Positions 9,032 to 11,299 of a DNA stretch of 11,299 nucleotides are shown here, piece by piece (the stretch's first letter is position 1; the number at the start of each line of letters is the position of its first letter). The translations under genes were made by a program, and so were the position numbers. The stretch lies in the NCBI GenBank assembly GCA_000388065.2, contig KB932203.1; one strand, written 5' to 3'. Under the pieces are notes generated by a model. That model had not been told where the DNA came from. It saw only the letters and a program-made list of their open reading frames with translations, and made no database searches. Origin of the DNA: Fonticula alba ATCC 38817 (taxonomy: Eukaryota > Protista > Nucleariida).

Positions 9032-9935
9032 CGCCGCCCCCCCAGTGCCACAGGGCGTCCCCGGGGCCCTATCCACGCGCTGGCGCGGGGGGCGGACCTG
9101 ACAGCCGCGGTGCGGGCGACGCGGCGGCCCCTCAAGGGCCCGCATGCGGGAGTCCAGGCCCGAGGGAGCAGACGCCCCCGCGTGGGGATGGCCGCCCCNN
9201 NNNNNNNNCCCCCCCCCCCCCACGCACGCACGCCGGCACCTCCTCCGGCGGGTGGTGGGCGCCGGAGGCCGGCCGATCGCCCGGCGACCCCGCCTCCCGG
9301 CCCACGTAAGCCGGCCCCCGGGGGTCGTGCGTGCGCGCGTGTGCACCGTCCGCCCGCCAGCCAGCCAGCCCGCAGGGATTGGTCGAGCCCAGCGCGGCCC
9401 TGCTGGGCATGCGCCGCGGCGCGCCCGGCGCTCCAACCGGGCCCTCTCAGGCTCGGGTGTTGGCGGAGTTTGCCTGGGGGGGACCGGCAGGCTCCGTGCC
9501 CGAAGCTCGCCTCGGGCAGAAAGCCCGGCGGCCGGAGCCCAGGCCAAAGCCGTGCACCGGGCACCGCCGGCCGGCGCATCGGCGGGGCGAGGAAGAGACG
9601 CCCAGCTGACATTCTTTAATTTGCACGGGCGCGCGCGCGCGCGCCCACCGGCCGGCCAGCCTCCTGGCACCTACACACACGTACGCACAGACACACATGC
9701 ACGCACACGCGCGGGGACCGGCGCATGCCTCTGCCCGCCGCGGAGCAATCCCGGCGCGCTGCCGGCCGGGGGGGGGGGGGGGCAATACCGTTTTGTGCGG
9801 CCGGCCCCTGCGCCCATCGTCGGCCTTTGCCCTTGGGAAAACACCGCACGCGCCCGGGGATCTNNNNNNNNNNAGGACTGGCGTGTCGGAGAGGGGGCCC
9901 CGCGAGGCGGGGGCAGCAAACAAGCACCGGGGTAC

Positions 9936-10510
9936 CTGGTCACTCGGGTCGAAGATCGTCTCGAGCAGGATGCTCCGGATCGCATTCTTCTCCTCCTCGG
10001 GGATGGCACTGTGTGTGGGGGGGGGGGGGGGCGGGGGGATGGGTCAGTCAGTCAGGGCGACAAGTGGGCGGAGGGGAAGTGCCAGCTGCGACGCACTCGC
10101 TGCCAACAGCACGCCAGGCAACCTGCAGGCGATTCTTCAGGGCGACAGCCGCGTGTTGCCGAACCACGCTGGTCAGCTCGGTGTTCGCGAGGGCCATCTG
10201 GGAGCCGGGGCGGCCGTTGGAAAGGAGGGAGGGGGGGGAGAGAGAAATGCGTGAGCGGGGCTGGCAGCAGGAGGACACATGCGTGCACGGTCGGGCGAAC
10301 AGAAGCAAGGGAAAGAGAGAGGGAGATAGCCAGGGCGTGGTCGCGCATACGCACCGACAGGGCTAGGCAGTAGCCCGGCTGTCCGGAGAGCTCCTCAAAC
10401 TTGGCCGTGATGCCGCGCAGGGCGTCGGTGGACGTGGCGTGTGCCGCGGCCAGTAGGAGCTCCAGCAGCGGCGCATAGATCGGCGGGACGGGGGTACCCA
10501 TGAAGGACAT
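9936..10510 (-). CDS. IPO11: Importin-11-like gene, exons 1-3 (10355-10510, 10097-10197, 9936-10008): importin-beta N-terminal (IBN_N) region
   Basis: MSFMGTP...FEELSGQPGYCLALS|MALANTELTSVVRQHAAVALKNRLQVAWR...|AIPEEEKNAIRSILLETIFDPSDQ is a typical IBN_N pattern. GT-AG introns, phases 0, 2, 0. Confidence 0.85.
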
Positions 10511-10756
10511 GATGAACGACTAGACCGGCGGACGGGGGAGGCAGAGGGAAGCACAGAGCGGAGACCGGTGTGGGGGGGGGATGCTGTTGCCCGGAAACGG
10601 GAGACAGTGGAAGAAGATGGGAAGGCCCACAGGGGGGGAGGGGGGGCCTGAGGACGGGGGAATGGGGAAGGGCGCGCGCGGGTTATGCCGGGGAGCGCGG
10701 NNNNNNNNNNGGGGGAGGCAATCGAGGCGCCCACCCGGGGCATCACACACACGCAC

Positions 10757-11170
10757 CCGACGATTGGTGATACAATTGCAGGATCTTCGGGAAGATCAGC
10801 GTGCCAAACTGCTCGATGGCCGTCTGCAGGAGGTGCTCGGCCGCCGGGCGGACAAAGTGCTGTGCCAGCTGCGAGCTGTCCTCGATGAAGAAGTCCACCG
10901 GCGAGTCGGCCCACAGGGCCCGGTCCCGCTCGCGCAGGGTGATCAGCGGCCCGATGAGGATGGTCGAGCAGAAGTACTCCACGCGCTCCGGCGTCCAGAA
11001 GGCGGCCACTCGCGCGCGCACGAACCCCACATGGCGCTCCTTCTTCTGGGTGCTGTTGACCACCCGTGAGTGGACGGGCTTCTCCGGGATCCGGTGCACG
11101 TAAAAGTTGTTGCGCCACACCCCGGCGATCATGCCGAGCATGCTGACGGTGAACTGCTCAAGGGGATTGT
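10757..11170 (-). CDS. IPO11: Importin-11-like gene, exon 6
   Basis: NPLEQFTVSMLGMIAGV...FWTPERVEYFCSTIL...LRERDRALWADSPVDFFIED...VRPAAEHLL matches the IPO11/Kap120 mid-region (L..W..DPE.F...RPC.E.L). CAG acceptor at 11171-11172, GTGCGT donor at 10756. Phase 1 at both ends fits exons 5 and 7. Confidence 0.88.
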
Positions 11171-11204
11171 CTGCACATGGGCCGGGGGGCAGGGGGGGGG
11201 GGGT

Positions 11205-11299
11205 GGGGGGGACACATGGCAGGCAGGTCAGACTCCGGCCGGCACCGACGAGCGGCCGCAAAAGAGGGCCATCGCCCCGAAAACCCGACGCACCATCCA
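11205..11299. repeat. 95-nt exact direct repeat, copy 2, running to the window end
   Basis: Identical to 3118-3212 (offset 8087). Confidence 0.95.

Larger units (their letters stand above)
517..10710. other. Assembly gaps: 517-1196, 3090-3117, 9199-9208, 9864-9873, 10701-10710
   Basis: Runs of N; the three 10-N gaps look like placeholder gaps of unknown size. Confidence 0.98.

Overview
This is GC-rich, intron-containing eukaryotic DNA from a draft assembly. It has 5 N-gaps and many G/C homopolymers and microsatellites. It looks like a protist or early opisthokont; a Fonticula-like organism is only a guess. Two minus-strand spliced genes explain almost all the coding signal. (1) An MRG15/Eaf3 chromatin reader (chromo-barrel plus MRG domain), 6 exons from 4923 to 303, about 574 aa. 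(2) An importin-11/Kap120-like importin-beta, 10 exons, about 1258 aa. The importin exons are not in gene order. Along the minus strand the order is E6, E1-E3, E7-E10, [MRG E1-E2], E4-E5, [MRG E3-E6], so two importin exons sit inside an MRG15 intron. All nine importin junctions have GT-AG ends and matching phases only when the exons are re-ordered. Every break in order falls on an N-gap or a long G-run, and the last 95 nt of the window exactly repeat 3118-3212. Mis-scaffolding is therefore the more likely cause, but real gene scrambling should be excluded with long reads. Separately, all 14 inferred 5' splice sites have C at +4 (consensus GTGCGY), unlike the usual GTRAGT.
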